From: Candidatus Methylomirabilia bacterium
Lineage (GTDB): Bacteria > Methylomirabilota > Methylomirabilia > Rokubacteriales > CSP1-6
NCBI GenBank assembly: GCA_046758965.1
Contig: JBHIBG010000006.1
Span: 212-64,211 of the forward strand
Reading direction: 5' to 3'
DNA length: 64,000 nt
The notes beneath the pieces are model-generated. The model did no database searches and had not been told where the DNA came from. It saw nothing but the letters and a program-made list of their open reading frames with translations. Below are positions 26,722-37,311 of the stretch, piece after piece (the first letter of the stretch is position 1; each line of letters opens with the position of its first letter). Both the position numbers and the translations under genes were made by a program.

Positions 26722-29424
26722 TCAGAGCGGGGAGGCCAGGGCTCGTTCCAACTCTCGCTGAATCCGGGTCAGGTAGCCAGGATCTTCCACCTTCCAGCCC
26801 CGGCGGTCAGTCAGGTAGAACGTGTCGAGGGCATGGTCGATCTCCGTGGCGATTCGCGCGCTGGCGATGTCCAGATCCAGCCGGGAAAGTGTCCGGGTGA
26901 TCAGGTAGAGGATCCCCACGCGGTCGGGACAGTTGACCTCCACGACCGTGTAGCTGTCCGAGAGGCGGTTATCCACTGCCACCTTGGCGGGGCCGGGGAC
27001 AGGCTCACTCGCCCCCAGCGGGCGCCGTCTGGCGAGGAGCTCTTCCACAGTGCGCTCACCCTGGATCACCAGCCTCAGATCGCCGAAGATCCGCGCCCAG
27101 CGCACCTCGGCCGTAACGGCCTCGCCCAAGGGGTCGTTCACCTGGAAGGTATCCAGCGCGATCCCATCCACCCGGGTGTGGATCTGGGCCGAGAGGATGT
27201 TGATCCCGTTGGCCGTCAGAACCCCGGAGATCAGGGAGAAGAGCCCCGGCTCATCCCGCGCGACCACCACCAGGTCGGAAAACCCCAGGTCAGGATGGTG
27301 AAAGAGTTCGGTCGCGACCACCTCGTTGGCCAGCCGCTCGACAAGCCTGAGATGGGTGGCGATGCGCTGGGGGCTCGTGCTCCACCGGTAGCGCTCCGAC
27401 ATCATGCCGAGATGCGCGTCCACCGCCGCCCGTGACCCGTCTTCCCGCAGCTCCTCCAGGACGCGGCCGACCACGGCCGACAGGCTGGGCCGGTCGGGCT
27501 CGCCCCCGGTGAGATGGGCCATGGTGCGCTGGTAGAGCTCCCAGAGGGTGACCGCCTGCCAGCCGTTCATGACGCCAGGCCCCACCGCTTTCATGTCGGC
27601 AAAGGTCAGGAGGTAGAGTTGCCGGAGCCGCTGGGGATCACGCACCGCTTCCGCGAACTGCTCGATCGTCTTCGGATCGTCGATGTCCCGCCTTTGGGCC
27701 ACGTGAGACATCAGGAGGTGATGTTCCACGAGGAAGACGACCATGGCCGCATCCGGGGGAGCGAGCCCCATGCGCTCGACCAGCGCCTTGATAAGCGGAA
27801 CCCCTTTGGCCGCGTGCGCGTGCCCCTTGGCCTTGCCGATGTCGTGGAGCAGCAGGCCCAGGAGCAGCAACTCCGGCTTCTCCACCTCGGCCAGCACCTC
27901 CGCGGGCCCCTCCGACTCGGCGGACCGCCCCGGGGCCAGGGCCTCCACATTCTCCACAGCCAGCAGCGAGTGCTGATCAGCCGTGTACTTGTGATAGATA
28001 TCGTACTGGGCGAGGCACGTGAGCGCGCCGAACTCAGGCAGATACCGTCCGAGGAGGCCGAGCTCGTGCATCTCGCTCAGGGTGTGGGCCACCCGTCCCC
28101 AGTTCCGGCACATGGCCAGGAAGAGGTCGCGCGCCTCCGACAAGCGGCGGAAATCATCGTCGACCAGCGAGAGGGAACCCTCGATGGCGCGCTCCAGGTC
28201 GATGGAGAGCTCGGCCCCCAGCCGGTGGGCATGCCAGAAGACCTTGATGAGACGCGACGGCTCCTCCTGAAATACGGTCCCGTCAGGCTTGGCCAGGTGA
28301 AGCTTGCCGTCGAAGAAGAGCAGGCCATCCTCCAGCGCTTCCCGTCGGAGCCTGGGCCCCGCTGAGCGACGGCGCGAGAGCGCCTCCTGGCACCGCGCGA
28401 TGAGCCGCCGGGAAAGCCGGTGGATCATCCGCGCGTGGAGGTAGTAGTCTCGCATGAACTGCTCCACCGCCAGCGCGCTGTCGTCGTCCGCATACCCAAA
28501 GCTCCTGGCGATCCGGGGCTGGAGGTCGCGGGAGAGGACGTCGTTCCGGTGACCCGAGAGGAAGTGGAGCTCGTTCCTGACCCGCCAGAGAAAGGCCAGC
28601 GCCTCGTTGGCAGCCTCACCCTCGCGGTCAGTAATCAGCCCCTTCTCGGCCAGCTCTCGGAGGGTGCGCGCGCCAAACTTGCTGGAGGCCAGCCACATCG
28701 CGGTGTGCCAGTCCCGCAGGCCGCCGGCGGATTCCTTGACGTTGGGCTCCCCGATGTACGGAGAGGCGCCGTACCTCCGGTAGCGATGGTCTCGCTCAGC
28801 CAGCGTAGTCTCAAGGAACTGGGGGAAGTTCTTCCGGTAGACAGCCTTGCCGAGCACCCTCTGAAACCGTCGAAACAGGCGCCAGTCTCCCGCCAGATAG
28901 CGCGCCTCCTGCATGGAGGTGCGGCTCGGGAAGTCCGTGCTGGCAATGGCGAGGCAGTCTGATAGGCTCCGACAGCTATGCCCCAGCTCGAGGCCCAGGT
29001 CCCACAGGGTGTAGAGGAGCTCCTGCGTGACGCGCTGAACAAACGGGGTCATCTCCTCCTCGTAGATCACCATGAGGTCGATGTCCGAGGCGGGGTGAAG
29101 CTCCCCCCGCCCGTAACCCCCGAGCGCGACCAGGACCAGTGGAGACGGCTCGAATCCTTCGTGCCAGCAGTCCTCATGGACGAGGCGGAAGAGCCGGCGC
29201 AGGAAGTCATCGATAAAATCCGCGCGGGCCTGGACCGACTCCCACCCGGAGACGCCCTCCTCGTGGCGCGCCTTCATGACGTCGTAGCCGAAGATCAAGT
29301 GCGGGCGGAGGAGGTCGAGGCGGAGTCGCCGGCGGCGCTCGATCAGCTCCGCGGAGGGGCCGTCGAATGCCCGCGCCAGCCTGCCCTCGGCTCGTCTGAG
29401 CTGTCCAAACAGCTTTCCCGACAT
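26722..29424 (-). CDS. glnD: Bifunctional [protein-PII] uridylyltransferase/uridylyl-removing enzyme.
   Basis: N-terminal nucleotidyltransferase motif GGYGRGELHPASDIDLMV, HD domain (LLHDIGK) and two C-terminal ACT-like domains. 900 aa. Confidence 0.85.
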   Translation of the reverse strand: MSGKLFGQLRRAEGRLARAFDGPSAELIERRRRLRLDLLRPHLIFGYDVMKARHEEGVSGWESVQARADFIDDFLRRLFRLVHEDCWHEGFEPSPLVLVALGGYGRGELHPASDIDLMVIYEEEMTPFVQRVTQELLYTLWDLGLELGHSCRSLSDCLAIASTDFPSRTSMQEARYLAGDWRLFRRFQRVLGKAVYRKNFPQFLETTLAERDHRYRRYGASPYIGEPNVKESAGGLRDWHTAMWLASSKFGARTLRELAEKGLITDREGEAANEALAFLWRVRNELHFLSGHRNDVLSRDLQPRIARSFGYADDDSALAVEQFMRDYYLHARMIHRLSRRLIARCQEALSRRRSAGPRLRREALEDGLLFFDGKLHLAKPDGTVFQEEPSRLIKVFWHAHRLGAELSIDLERAIEGSLSLVDDDFRRLSEARDLFLAMCRNWGRVAHTLSEMHELGLLGRYLPEFGALTCLAQYDIYHKYTADQHSLLAVENVEALAPGRSAESEGPAEVLAEVEKPELLLLGLLLHDIGKAKGHAHAAKGVPLIKALVERMGLAPPDAAMVVFLVEHHLLMSHVAQRRDIDDPKTIEQFAEAVRDPQRLRQLYLLTFADMKAVGPGVMNGWQAVTLWELYQRTMAHLTGGEPDRPSLSAVVGRVLEELREDGSRAAVDAHLGMMSERYRWSTSPQRIATHLRLVERLANEVVATELFHHPDLGFSDLVVVARDEPGLFSLISGVLTANGINILSAQIHTRVDGIALDTFQVNDPLGEAVTAEVRWARIFGDLRLVIQGERTVEELLARRRPLGASEPVPGPAKVAVDNRLSDSYTVVEVNCPDRVGILYLITRTLSRLDLDIASARIATEIDHALDTFYLTDRRGWKVEDPGYLTRIQRELERALASPL

Positions 29425-29509
29425 GATGTTCCGTAGCCTACAGGGCCAAACCAGGAGTTGTCAAACGACCGAGCATCTCCTGCGCGAGAGAGCGGTACAA
29501 TGGGAGAGC

Positions 29510-30601
29510 ATGCGCCGACTCTGGCGGTCGGTCCTGGACGAGGTCACACCATACGAGGCGGGCCCGCCCCTCGAGCGGCTCCGAGCGGAGTCCGGACCGA
29601 GCGAACTCATCCGGCTCTCCGCCAACGAAAACCCCCTCGGGCCCTCGCCCAGGGCGATTGAAGCCATCGTCGCAGAAGCTGCTCGCGCCCACCTCTACCC
29701 CGACGGTGGCGGCACCGCTCTCCGCCAGGCGCTCGGGCGCCACCTGGGCGTGCCGCCGGAGATGATCCTTCTTGGCAACGGGGCCGACGAGGTCCTGGCC
29801 CTGATCGCCTGGGCGGCGTTCGAGAGCAGCAATGAAGTGGTCATCCCGCACCCGTCCTTCGAGCCCTACCACGGCGTCGTGACCCTGTCAGGTGCCACGC
29901 CCGTCCTGAGCCCGCTGGTCGACTATCGGACGGACCTCGATGACATCCTCCGGCGCGTGACCCCTCGCACAAAGGCGCTCATCCTCTGCTCCCCGCACAA
30001 CCCCACCGGAACTATCCTCCGCCTCGGACCGCTCCGTGCATTTCTTGCCCGGCTCGGTGATGACCCCCCGCTGCTGATCCTGGACGAGGCCTACCGGGAG
30101 TTCGTTGACGATCCGGACGCATCGGATGGCATCGCACTGCTCGCCCGGTGCCCCACGCTGATCGTCCTCCGCACGTTCTCCAAGGTGGCGGGGCTGGCCG
30201 GGCTCCGGGTGGGGTATGCGGTGACGCGGGCGGAGATCGTCGGGAAGCTACACCGGGTGCGCGCCCCGTACAACGTCAACCGCCTTGCCCAGGTGGCGGC
30301 CATCGCGGCTTTGGAAGACTCGGAGCATCGGGAACTGACCGTGCGGCTCATCCGTGAAGAACGGCGCTTCCTGACGAGAGCGCTCAGCGACCGAGGCCTC
30401 TCGGTCGTCCCCTCCCACGCCAACTTCCTCCTCGTCGGCGTGGGAGCAACAGCGACAGCGCTCCGTCAACGACTGGAGCGAGCAGGCATCCTCGTGCGGG
30501 ATGGGGCGGCGGTGGGGTTCCCCGGCCACCTCCGCATCACGGTGGGAACGCACGCCCAAAACGCGAAGCTGCTCGCCGTCCTGGATCGCGCCCAGGACTG
30601 A
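29510..30601 (+). CDS. hisC: Histidinol-phosphate aminotransferase (class II aminotransferase).
   Basis: Start taken at MRRLWRSV (ATG 29510; the ORF track extends to 29423). Motifs SANENPLGPSP, NPTGT, PLP-lysine context RTFSKVAGLAGLRVGY. Confidence 0.85.
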   Translation: MRRLWRSVLDEVTPYEAGPPLERLRAESGPSELIRLSANENPLGPSPRAIEAIVAEAARAHLYPDGGGTALRQALGRHLGVPPEMILLGNGADEVLALIAWAAFESSNEVVIPHPSFEPYHGVVTLSGATPVLSPLVDYRTDLDDILRRVTPRTKALILCSPHNPTGTILRLGPLRAFLARLGDDPPLLILDEAYREFVDDPDASDGIALLARCPTLIVLRTFSKVAGLAGLRVGYAVTRAEIVGKLHRVRAPYNVNRLAQVAAIAALEDSEHRELTVRLIREERRFLTRALSDRGLSVVPSHANFLLVGVGATATALRQRLERAGILVRDGAAVGFPGHLRITVGTHAQNAKLLAVLDRAQD

Positions 30602-30664
30602 GCACGAACGCCCCAACCTCACCGAGGGTCGCGAACGCCTCGACGCTGCTCCCCCGGCTCCAAG

Positions 30665-30967
30665 CTAGTTCACTCGCTTCTTCAAGGCGGAGAGCTGCTT
30701 CTCGAGGAACTCCGCCCGCTCTTGCCATTGCACCGCGTAAGTCCTCAGCATCTCCGCCTCCTCATAGACCTGCCTGAGTTCGGCTCGGAGTTGCCGCTCC
30801 CGCGCCACGCCGTGCCTCCACGCGATGCCCGCGCCGGCAGCCATCAGGGCCAGAACGAGGCTTGCCACGATGAGGAGCCACGGGCGATCAGGCGCATGGT
30901 CGCCGGTCAAGCCCAAGCGCTCAAGCAAACGCTCAAGCAGGCCGGAACGCTCCCGCTGCTCCACCAT
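30665..30967 (-). CDS. Hypothetical small membrane protein with a C-terminal coiled coil.
   Basis: 100-aa ORF with one central hydrophobic helix (WLLIVASLVLALMAAGAGIAW) and a charged heptad-like tail. Confidence 0.35.
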   Translation of the reverse strand: MVEQRERSGLLERLLERLGLTGDHAPDRPWLLIVASLVLALMAAGAGIAWRHGVARERQLRAELRQVYEEAEMLRTYAVQWQERAEFLEKQLSALKKRVN

Positions 30968-31066
30968 ACCGGGCCCCTCTCGCTACCACACACACCATTC
31001 TATCGGGCCTACCCCGTCCGGATAAAGCCTTTTCGGAGGCTCTTGGCACATCGGCGCCGATTTCGT

Positions 31067-31636
31067 ATGATGGATGTAGCGGGTGAGATGGGCCACTTCA
31101 GCACGCCGACACCCCTCAAACGGTTCTTCGATCGCACGGTCCGTCGGAGCTTCGGCGACCTCGAAATTCACGACGACAAGGCCGCCGGCTACCTGTCTGA
31201 CCTTCTCACGCGCTTCGCCCGCGCCGAGAACCTGTACCCGCTGAGCGTGACGGGTACACGCCTCGAGAGCGTCAGCGAGCACCTCCTAGAGATCCAGCGG
31301 GTGTGGGAGTTCGACACTCCTCACTTCAATCCGGTCCGGGAACGGGAGCTCCGCCGTCAGATCGGGGACTATACCCTCTTCATGACCGGGCTCTTCCGGG
31401 AGCACGTGGAAGGAATGTCGGTCACCGGCTACTACGTCCGCGAGGGTAAGCGCGCGTATCGGTTCGTGTCCGAGCACGATCGGGCCAGCACCCGCCCCGA
31501 GGCGCGGCTCTTCTGGACCCTCGCCGACCGCTTTGAAGGTTTCGCGGGAGCGCTGACGTACATGCGGAAGGCGTACTTCCGCCCCGAGCTTGCCCCGCCG
31601 CACCCCTTCTTCAGTCGCCTGATCACTGAATGGTAG
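31067..31636 (+). CDS. Hypothetical protein (about 190 aa).
   Basis: ATG ATG at 31067. No family recognised. Confidence 0.4.
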   Translation: MMDVAGEMGHFSTPTPLKRFFDRTVRRSFGDLEIHDDKAAGYLSDLLTRFARAENLYPLSVTGTRLESVSEHLLEIQRVWEFDTPHFNPVRERELRRQIGDYTLFMTGLFREHVEGMSVTGYYVREGKRAYRFVSEHDRASTRPEARLFWTLADRFEGFAGALTYMRKAYFRPELAPPHPFFSRLITEW

Positions 31637-31766
31637 CCCGCCCTCTCCAGGCGGCTCAGGTCAACGCCCCGGCCAGGTGTCCGCTCGAACTCGCCGCCGA
31701 GGTGGCAATGGGGCAAGCGCGCGCCTCCGAGGCGAGCCGCGGGCCGAAACAGTTCGACCCGTACCG

Positions 31767-32735
31767 ATGATCACGGCGGTGCCGGGGATCCGGGTCGGCC
31801 ACTGCACGGACGAGACCGGCCTCACCGGCTGTTCTGTCGTGCTGTGCGACCGACCCGCGGTGGGGGGCCTTGAGCTCCGTGGCTGGGCCACCGGGGTCCA
31901 CGGGCTCGACTTCCTCGATCCCCGCCATCTAGTCCCCACCGTCGACGGCGTGGTCCTCTCGGGCGGAAGCGCCTTCGGACTGGAGGCGGTCTTCGGGGCA
32001 ATGCACTACCTGGAGGAGCAGGGGCGCGGGTTTCAGACCGGGCCTACGGTGGTGCCTCTGGTGCCGGGCGCGATCCTCTTCGACCTCAACGTGGGGACTT
32101 CCACTGCGCGTCCCACCCGCGCCATGGGCTACCGCGCGTGCCTCAGCGCCACCTCCGACAACGTGGAAGAGGGCAACGTCGGAGCTGGCACCGGCGCCAC
32201 GGTGGGAAAGCTCTTCGGCATCGACCGGGCCATGAAAGGAGGGATCGGAAGCGCCAGCGTGAGGCTCGCCGGGGCGGTGGTCGGCGCGCTGGTGGCTGTC
32301 AATCCCCTCGGGGATGTGCGGGATGCAGAGAGCGGCCACCTCCTAGCGGGAGCCCGCGACGCCCCGAACGGCCGGCACCTCATCGACACCGCTACCGCAA
32401 TGCGACAGGGGATCGCTCCTGCCGAAGTCAAGCCGCTTGAGCAAACTACGATCGGAGTCATCGCCACCGACGCCAGGCTCTCCAAGCCTGAGGCCACCAA
32501 GGTAGCCCAGCTGGGCATGATCGGGTTTGCCCGAGCCCTCTCCCCTCCCCACACGCACCTGGACGGCGATGCGCTCTTCTGTCTTTCGGTGGGAGAGGTC
32601 CAGGTGGAACTCACTGCCCTGGGCCTGGCCGCCGCAGAAGCCGTGGCCCGGGCCATCGCTCGCGCGGTCAGGGCCGCGGCCTCGCTCCCCGGACTCCCTT
32701 CGTGGCAGGAGCTATTCGGTTCTTCAGACCGCTAG
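31767..32735 (+). CDS. P1/S58-family peptidase (DmpA/L-aminopeptidase D-Ala-esterase/amidase-like).
   Basis: N-terminus ITAVPGIRVGHCTDETGLTGCSVVL and the overall Gly-rich pattern of the DmpA/OAT fold. Confidence 0.65.
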   Translation: MITAVPGIRVGHCTDETGLTGCSVVLCDRPAVGGLELRGWATGVHGLDFLDPRHLVPTVDGVVLSGGSAFGLEAVFGAMHYLEEQGRGFQTGPTVVPLVPGAILFDLNVGTSTARPTRAMGYRACLSATSDNVEEGNVGAGTGATVGKLFGIDRAMKGGIGSASVRLAGAVVGALVAVNPLGDVRDAESGHLLAGARDAPNGRHLIDTATAMRQGIAPAEVKPLEQTTIGVIATDARLSKPEATKVAQLGMIGFARALSPPHTHLDGDALFCLSVGEVQVELTALGLAAAEAVARAIARAVRAAASLPGLPSWQELFGSSDR

Positions 32736-32897
32736 CGCCGTGTCGATAACCGCTGCATGGCCCACTTCGTGCGACCCATCCACTGGATGGGTCCCCCGCG
32801 CCAGCGGTGGCTTTCGGCCGTTAGGGGAGAGAGCCCGCGGAGGGCCCGAGGCGAGGGTAGGGGGCGGAGTCCCCTCCGAGCATGCTAAGATGCACCC

Positions 32898-33188
32898 ATG
32901 GCTCGACGCGCCAAGGTGATCCGCTTCCCCAAGACTCCGCCGGAGCCGAGTGATGACCGTGGCTTCGTGGAGGTCCACCACTGCCGCGATCAGGCCGAGG
33001 CGTTGGTGGTCAAGGGGCTCTTTGAAAGCGAAGGGCTTCTCTGTGTGCTCCGCACCCGCCTGGTTCACTCCATCCATCCCTTCACTATCGGGGACCAGGG
33101 AGAGGTGATCGTGCTGGTCCCGGAAACCGAAGCGACCCGGGCCCGCATCGTCCTGGCCCGTGTGGCTGCCGGCCCTTCTTTCCGCTAG
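32898..33188 (+). CDS. DUF2007-like (putative signal-transducing) small protein.
   Basis: 96 aa. AEALVVKGLFESEGLLCVLR resembles the DUF2007 core. Weak call. Confidence 0.4.
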   Translation: MARRAKVIRFPKTPPEPSDDRGFVEVHHCRDQAEALVVKGLFESEGLLCVLRTRLVHSIHPFTIGDQGEVIVLVPETEATRARIVLARVAAGPSFR

Positions 33189-33395
33189 CCCCGATCCCCA
33201 CGAGAGCCGGTGGGGTCACCGACCGGCCGAGGAGGTCCGTCGCCGCGAGCACCCCCACCCGGTGTGGGAAGCCCCGTGGCGGGCGGCCGGAGTCGCCCGA
33301 CGCGGATCCGTTCCGTCTTCGAGGGTGACACCCGCTGGGCCTCGCGCAATCGTCGGCTCGGCGGTCTCGGACTCAGGCTGGATCCGCGCCAGGTC

Positions 33396-34331
33396 CTAAT
33401 CTAGGGCGCGCACCAGCGCCCACAGGGCCTCCGAGACGCGCGTCAGCGCTGCCGGGTCCAGCGTCGACGAGCGATCGAGAGCGGTATGGTAGGTCTCGAA
33501 TGGCGGAGGCCGCCTCACGAGCTGGCGGAAGAGGGTCCGTATGGGGTTGAGGACGAACTGCCGGAGCGCGTCGGCTTCGTGGCTCGGCACCACGGTGAGG
33601 CCGACGGCCGGCACCCCGAGACCACTAAAGGCGCGATGGTCGCTTCCGAAGACCGGAATCCTGCCCACCACGTGGTAGGTCTGGTCCCGGCGATACCCTA
33701 ACGCCTCCAGCGTCTGGACAAAGGTCTGAAGCAGCGGGGAGTGATCCCACAACGGGACCGCATCCCAGATCACGAGCGCATCGCCGATCCCGCAGAGCTC
33801 GAGGCTCACCACCCCCACGACACCGTCCAGCGGAGCAGCCTTCACGTAGCAGCGCGCCCCGAGATAGCCGATCTCCTCGCTACCAGTGAACAGCAGACGC
33901 ACGGAGAGGTGGCCGGGCGGGTCCTGAGCCAGGCGTTCGAGCAGGTCCAGCAAGATGGCGATAGCCGAGCCGTTGTCGTTGGCTCCGGGGCTCCCCGGCA
34001 CCGCGTCGTGGTGGGCGACCAGGATCAGGGTCCGGGCGCCCCGCCCGACCTCCACGACAAAGTTCTCTCCGCTCCCTTCGAACGTCGCGTACGGGTGACG
34101 GGAAACCGTGAAGCCTCGCGCCTCAAGCACTCGGCCCAGAAGCTTCTGTCGGTCGAGGTTCGAGCGCCCCTCGAGGAGTCTGACGTAGTCAAGGGGCGAG
34201 GGACGAGCCTGACCCGCGACAGCTTCCAGAGGGAGCGATGGGGGAGACTCGCGAGAGGAGCGGTTCAGCAGGGCGGCGAGGCCGAGATTGAGCCGACCCC
34301 GGAGGTAGAGCCTGACCGCTCCCAGGTCCAT
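33396..34331 (-). CDS. M28-family zinc aminopeptidase.
   Basis: M28 metal-ligand pattern (LILVAHHDAV, NDNGSAIAILLDL, GSEEIGYLG). Confidence 0.7.
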   Translation of the reverse strand: MDLGAVRLYLRGRLNLGLAALLNRSSRESPPSLPLEAVAGQARPSPLDYVRLLEGRSNLDRQKLLGRVLEARGFTVSRHPYATFEGSGENFVVEVGRGARTLILVAHHDAVPGSPGANDNGSAIAILLDLLERLAQDPPGHLSVRLLFTGSEEIGYLGARCYVKAAPLDGVVGVVSLELCGIGDALVIWDAVPLWDHSPLLQTFVQTLEALGYRRDQTYHVVGRIPVFGSDHRAFSGLGVPAVGLTVVPSHEADALRQFVLNPIRTLFRQLVRRPPPFETYHTALDRSSTLDPAALTRVSEALWALVRALD

Positions 34332-34349
34332 CCGCGTGACCTCGGGGCG

Positions 34350-35126
34350 CTACCCGCCCGGGACCCGAAAGAGGGTCAGGGCGTTCCGGGTCATCACCGG
34401 GCCCAGGCTCTCCAGCGACTGACGCCTCAACTCGGCGACTCGCGCGGCCGTGATCGGGAGATACGAGGGCTCGTTACGCTTGCCGCGAAACGGTTGAGGC
34501 GGCAGGAACGGGCAGTCGGTCTCCACGACTAGCCGCTCCTCCGGGACCAGCGTGGCGACGCCCAGGAGCTTCCGGGCGTTGGGATAGGTGACCGGACCCG
34601 CGAGCGAGATCAGAAGACCGAGGTTCAGACAGTGGCGGGCCGCCACCTCGTCACCCGAGAAGCAGTGCATGATTCCCCCGGTGTCCCTCACTCCCTCTTC
34701 TCGGAGGACCTCCAGGGCCTCGAGGTGGGCCTCCCGGCAGTGGATGACGGCCGGCTTTCCGAGCTGGCGGGCCAGGGCAAGCTGGCGGCGGAAGACCTGA
34801 ATCTGAACCTCTCGGGGAGAGAGGTTCCGGTAGTAGTCGAGCCCGATCTCCCCAATAGCCACCACCTTGGGGGAGGTTTCGGCAAGCCGCGTGATCTCAG
34901 CCAGGGCGGCTTCGTCGGCCCCGGCGGCGTCGTGGGGGTGGATCCCCACCGACGCATAGACCTCCGGGTATGCTTCGGCGAGGGCCACCGCCTGGGCCGA
35001 GGTCTCGGCGTCCGTGCCGACCGTGAGCAGATAGCGCACGCCCGCCGCTCGCGCACGCTCGACAACGGCAGCCTGGTCGTCCTGAAACTCTGGGAAATGC
35101 AGGTGGGCGTGGGTGTCGAAGAGCAC
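34350..35126 (-). CDS. tatD: TatD-family metal-dependent hydrolase.
   Basis: MLFDTHAHLHF N-terminus and TatD-type motifs (GEIGLDY, HCF). Confidence 0.85.
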   Translation of the reverse strand: MLFDTHAHLHFPEFQDDQAAVVERARAAGVRYLLTVGTDAETSAQAVALAEAYPEVYASVGIHPHDAAGADEAALAEITRLAETSPKVVAIGEIGLDYYRNLSPREVQIQVFRRQLALARQLGKPAVIHCREAHLEALEVLREEGVRDTGGIMHCFSGDEVAARHCLNLGLLISLAGPVTYPNARKLLGVATLVPEERLVVETDCPFLPPQPFRGKRNEPSYLPITAARVAELRRQSLESLGPVMTRNALTLFRVPGG

Positions 35127-35179
35127 CGGTGCGTATTGTAACGCAGAGTGGAGTTTCTAGAGATCGAAGACGACCGATT

Positions 35180-36046
35180 TCATCGAGCCAGAGCGACGCA
35201 GGCTACCCCCGCCAGCACCACCCCGGCGCCAGCCAGGCGAGGGCCGAGCTGGCTTTCATCCAGCCAGAGGCTTCCGATGATCGCGGAAAACACGATGGAG
35301 AGCTCACGCGCAGCCACCACGTAGCCGGCCTTCGACAGCCGGAACGCGAAAAGCACGAGGAGATAGGCGGTAAGGTTCATCGTGGAGGCCGCCAGGATGG
35401 CCCGCCAGTTCACCGCCCACTCGCGGATGAGCGCCTCGGGCTTGGCCAGGACCGCTGGGGCGAGGAGCAGGATCGACCCGAGCCCCATGAAGTAGATGTA
35501 CGGGATCGGATGGAGACGGGCCACTCCGGCCTTGTCCACGAGCGAGTAGGCAGCGATGGTGATGCCGGTCAGGACTGCCCACCACGTGCCCGGACCTACG
35601 CGCGTGACCTCTGAGGCCGCCGGGCCGACAGTACGCGGGGTGAGGTGAAGGCCGATGATCCCGAGCACGACCAGAGTGACCCCCGACGTCCCCAGGAGCG
35701 AAAGGTGCTCGTCGAAGAGGTAGAGCGCCGGGATCGGTACCGCCGCTACGCCCAGGCCTCTGGCGATCGGGTAGACGAGGGAGAACTCCCCTGACCGGTA
35801 TGAGCGACCGAGCGCATAGAAATAGAAGGCATGAAGGCCAACGGTCGCCACGACGAACGGCAGGGCCGCCACGTGAAACCCATCCGCCCGGAGCTTCCAG
35901 ATCGCGAGGGGCAGGCCGAGGAGGGTCGCGAGGGAGACCGAGGACCAGAGAAACGCCAGCTGGTCGCGCCCCCGCTTGGCCAGCGCGTTCCAGGCAGAAT
36001 GGAGGAGTGCGGCTCCAACCACCAGCGCGAGGGCTGATCCCGTCAT
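35180..36046 (-). CDS. EamA/DMT-family transporter.
   Basis: About 10 TM helices. Two EamA-like halves. Start taken at MTGSALALVV (alternative 36082). Confidence 0.7.
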   Translation of the reverse strand: MTGSALALVVGAALLHSAWNALAKRGRDQLAFLWSSVSLATLLGLPLAIWKLRADGFHVAALPFVVATVGLHAFYFYALGRSYRSGEFSLVYPIARGLGVAAVPIPALYLFDEHLSLLGTSGVTLVVLGIIGLHLTPRTVGPAASEVTRVGPGTWWAVLTGITIAAYSLVDKAGVARLHPIPYIYFMGLGSILLLAPAVLAKPEALIREWAVNWRAILAASTMNLTAYLLVLFAFRLSKAGYVVAARELSIVFSAIIGSLWLDESQLGPRLAGAGVVLAGVACVALAR

Positions 36047-36232
36047 CCGACACAGTCTACGGTTGGGGTTCCTCAGCGACAAGCCCGGTTCGCCGACCTT
36101 CCACCGCCAACTCGGTCATCGCCAGAGAACGGCTCCGACAGCAGGGGCTGACTTGACTCTGGCCCCGGAGGGGAGATCCGTTTCGCGCGTCAGGAGGCTG
36201 AAAATGCCCTGGGCAGCACGGATCAGCTCAGA

Positions 36233-37195
36233 TCAGGGCCTAACGGTGAAGCGGAGGCGGCCGATGAGTTGGCCCGACGCGGTCACCACGTCCACACTCC
36301 AGCGACCTGCAGCATCAGCCCCGAGGCTGGTTTTCCGAGAGTACGTCCGAAAGCCCTCGGTCCGTCCGCCTCGGATCGGTGAGAGGGAGATCGTATCCAC
36401 GGGCTGCCCATCTTTCCGCCAGATGTGGAGAATCGGCTGACGAACCCCGGCGGGGGCGTAGACGGCCGTGTAGGCGACGAGGCCACCCCAACTCCGGAGA
36501 TCGGCGAGCGAGATGGTCCCGCGGAACGGCTCCGCCGGCTCGAGCCCATTTACGGTCCGCGCCATGGTCGCGCGGGCGAGATGAACCGGAGCCGGAGGGA
36601 TGAAGCTCCGGAGCGGCCAGACAATCGCCAGAGCGAGGGCCGCGAAGAGGCACGAGCGGAGCCAGGCGGAGCGCCAGGACCCGTAAGGCAGGCGGCCGAG
36701 GGTCGGCGTCAAGGCCAGTCCCCCCAGCGCCGCGCTCCCGAACAGAGCCCTCGCGGGCCGCACCCCTACCAGCGGCAGCGCGACGTTGAGGGCGGCGAAG
36801 ATCGAGACGCCAAACAGAACGTAGATCGCCCAACGCCGGGGAAGGACCAGCCCCCGGTACCAGGGGTCCACGGTGGTGAGGAGCGCCAGCCCGACGAGCA
36901 GCAAGAAGAACCACACGTTCACCGAGGTGAACGTGGTGCTCGCAAAGTAGCCCGGAAGGATGAAGAGCAGGAGGCCGTGTAAGAGCGTCTGGATGGTGTA
37001 GTCCACGGCGGTGATCACGAAACGACGCCCGCGTTTCTCCAGGCTCCGCCGCACCAGCGTGTAGAGCGTGAAGAGCAACCAGAGCAGGATCAGGTAGCCC
37101 ACGATCCACGCGACGTGCGGGACCCCCCGCCGGAAGATGAGTAGCGCCAGCACACCGCCGAGGAGTGAGCCCACCGACACGCCCCACCGGGCCAC
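36233..37195 (-). CDS. Hypothetical polytopic membrane protein with a soluble C-terminal domain.
   Basis: N-terminal about 200 aa contain 6+ hydrophobic helices. C-terminal about 110 aa are hydrophilic. No family recognised. Confidence 0.45.
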   Translation of the reverse strand: MARWGVSVGSLLGGVLALLIFRRGVPHVAWIVGYLILLWLLFTLYTLVRRSLEKRGRRFVITAVDYTIQTLLHGLLLFILPGYFASTTFTSVNVWFFLLLVGLALLTTVDPWYRGLVLPRRWAIYVLFGVSIFAALNVALPLVGVRPARALFGSAALGGLALTPTLGRLPYGSWRSAWLRSCLFAALALAIVWPLRSFIPPAPVHLARATMARTVNGLEPAEPFRGTISLADLRSWGGLVAYTAVYAPAGVRQPILHIWRKDGQPVDTISLSPIRGGRTEGFRTYSRKTSLGADAAGRWSVDVVTASGQLIGRLRFTVRP

Positions 37196-37311
37196 CCACC
37201 GGAAGAAAGGACGCCGGGCCTTGGCGGCTTCCCATCGGCTCCCCAGGCGTTCTAGGGAAGCCGTCCCGAGAGATCCCGCCTTTTTCGAGAGCGCGTTCAG
37301 AGGCAGAGGTC

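Noticed and set aside
36315-37235. 306-aa minus-strand ORF in an alternative frame
   Set aside because: Overlaps the same-strand membrane-protein gene 36233..37195 in another frame. Arg/Gly/Pro-rich with no domain. The membrane-protein frame gives coherent TM helices.
37223-37261. 9-bp stem CGGCTTCCC...GGGAAGCCG downstream of metG as a terminator
   Set aside because: Loop is 21 nt and no U-tract follows on the transcribed strand. More likely a fortuitous GC pairing.
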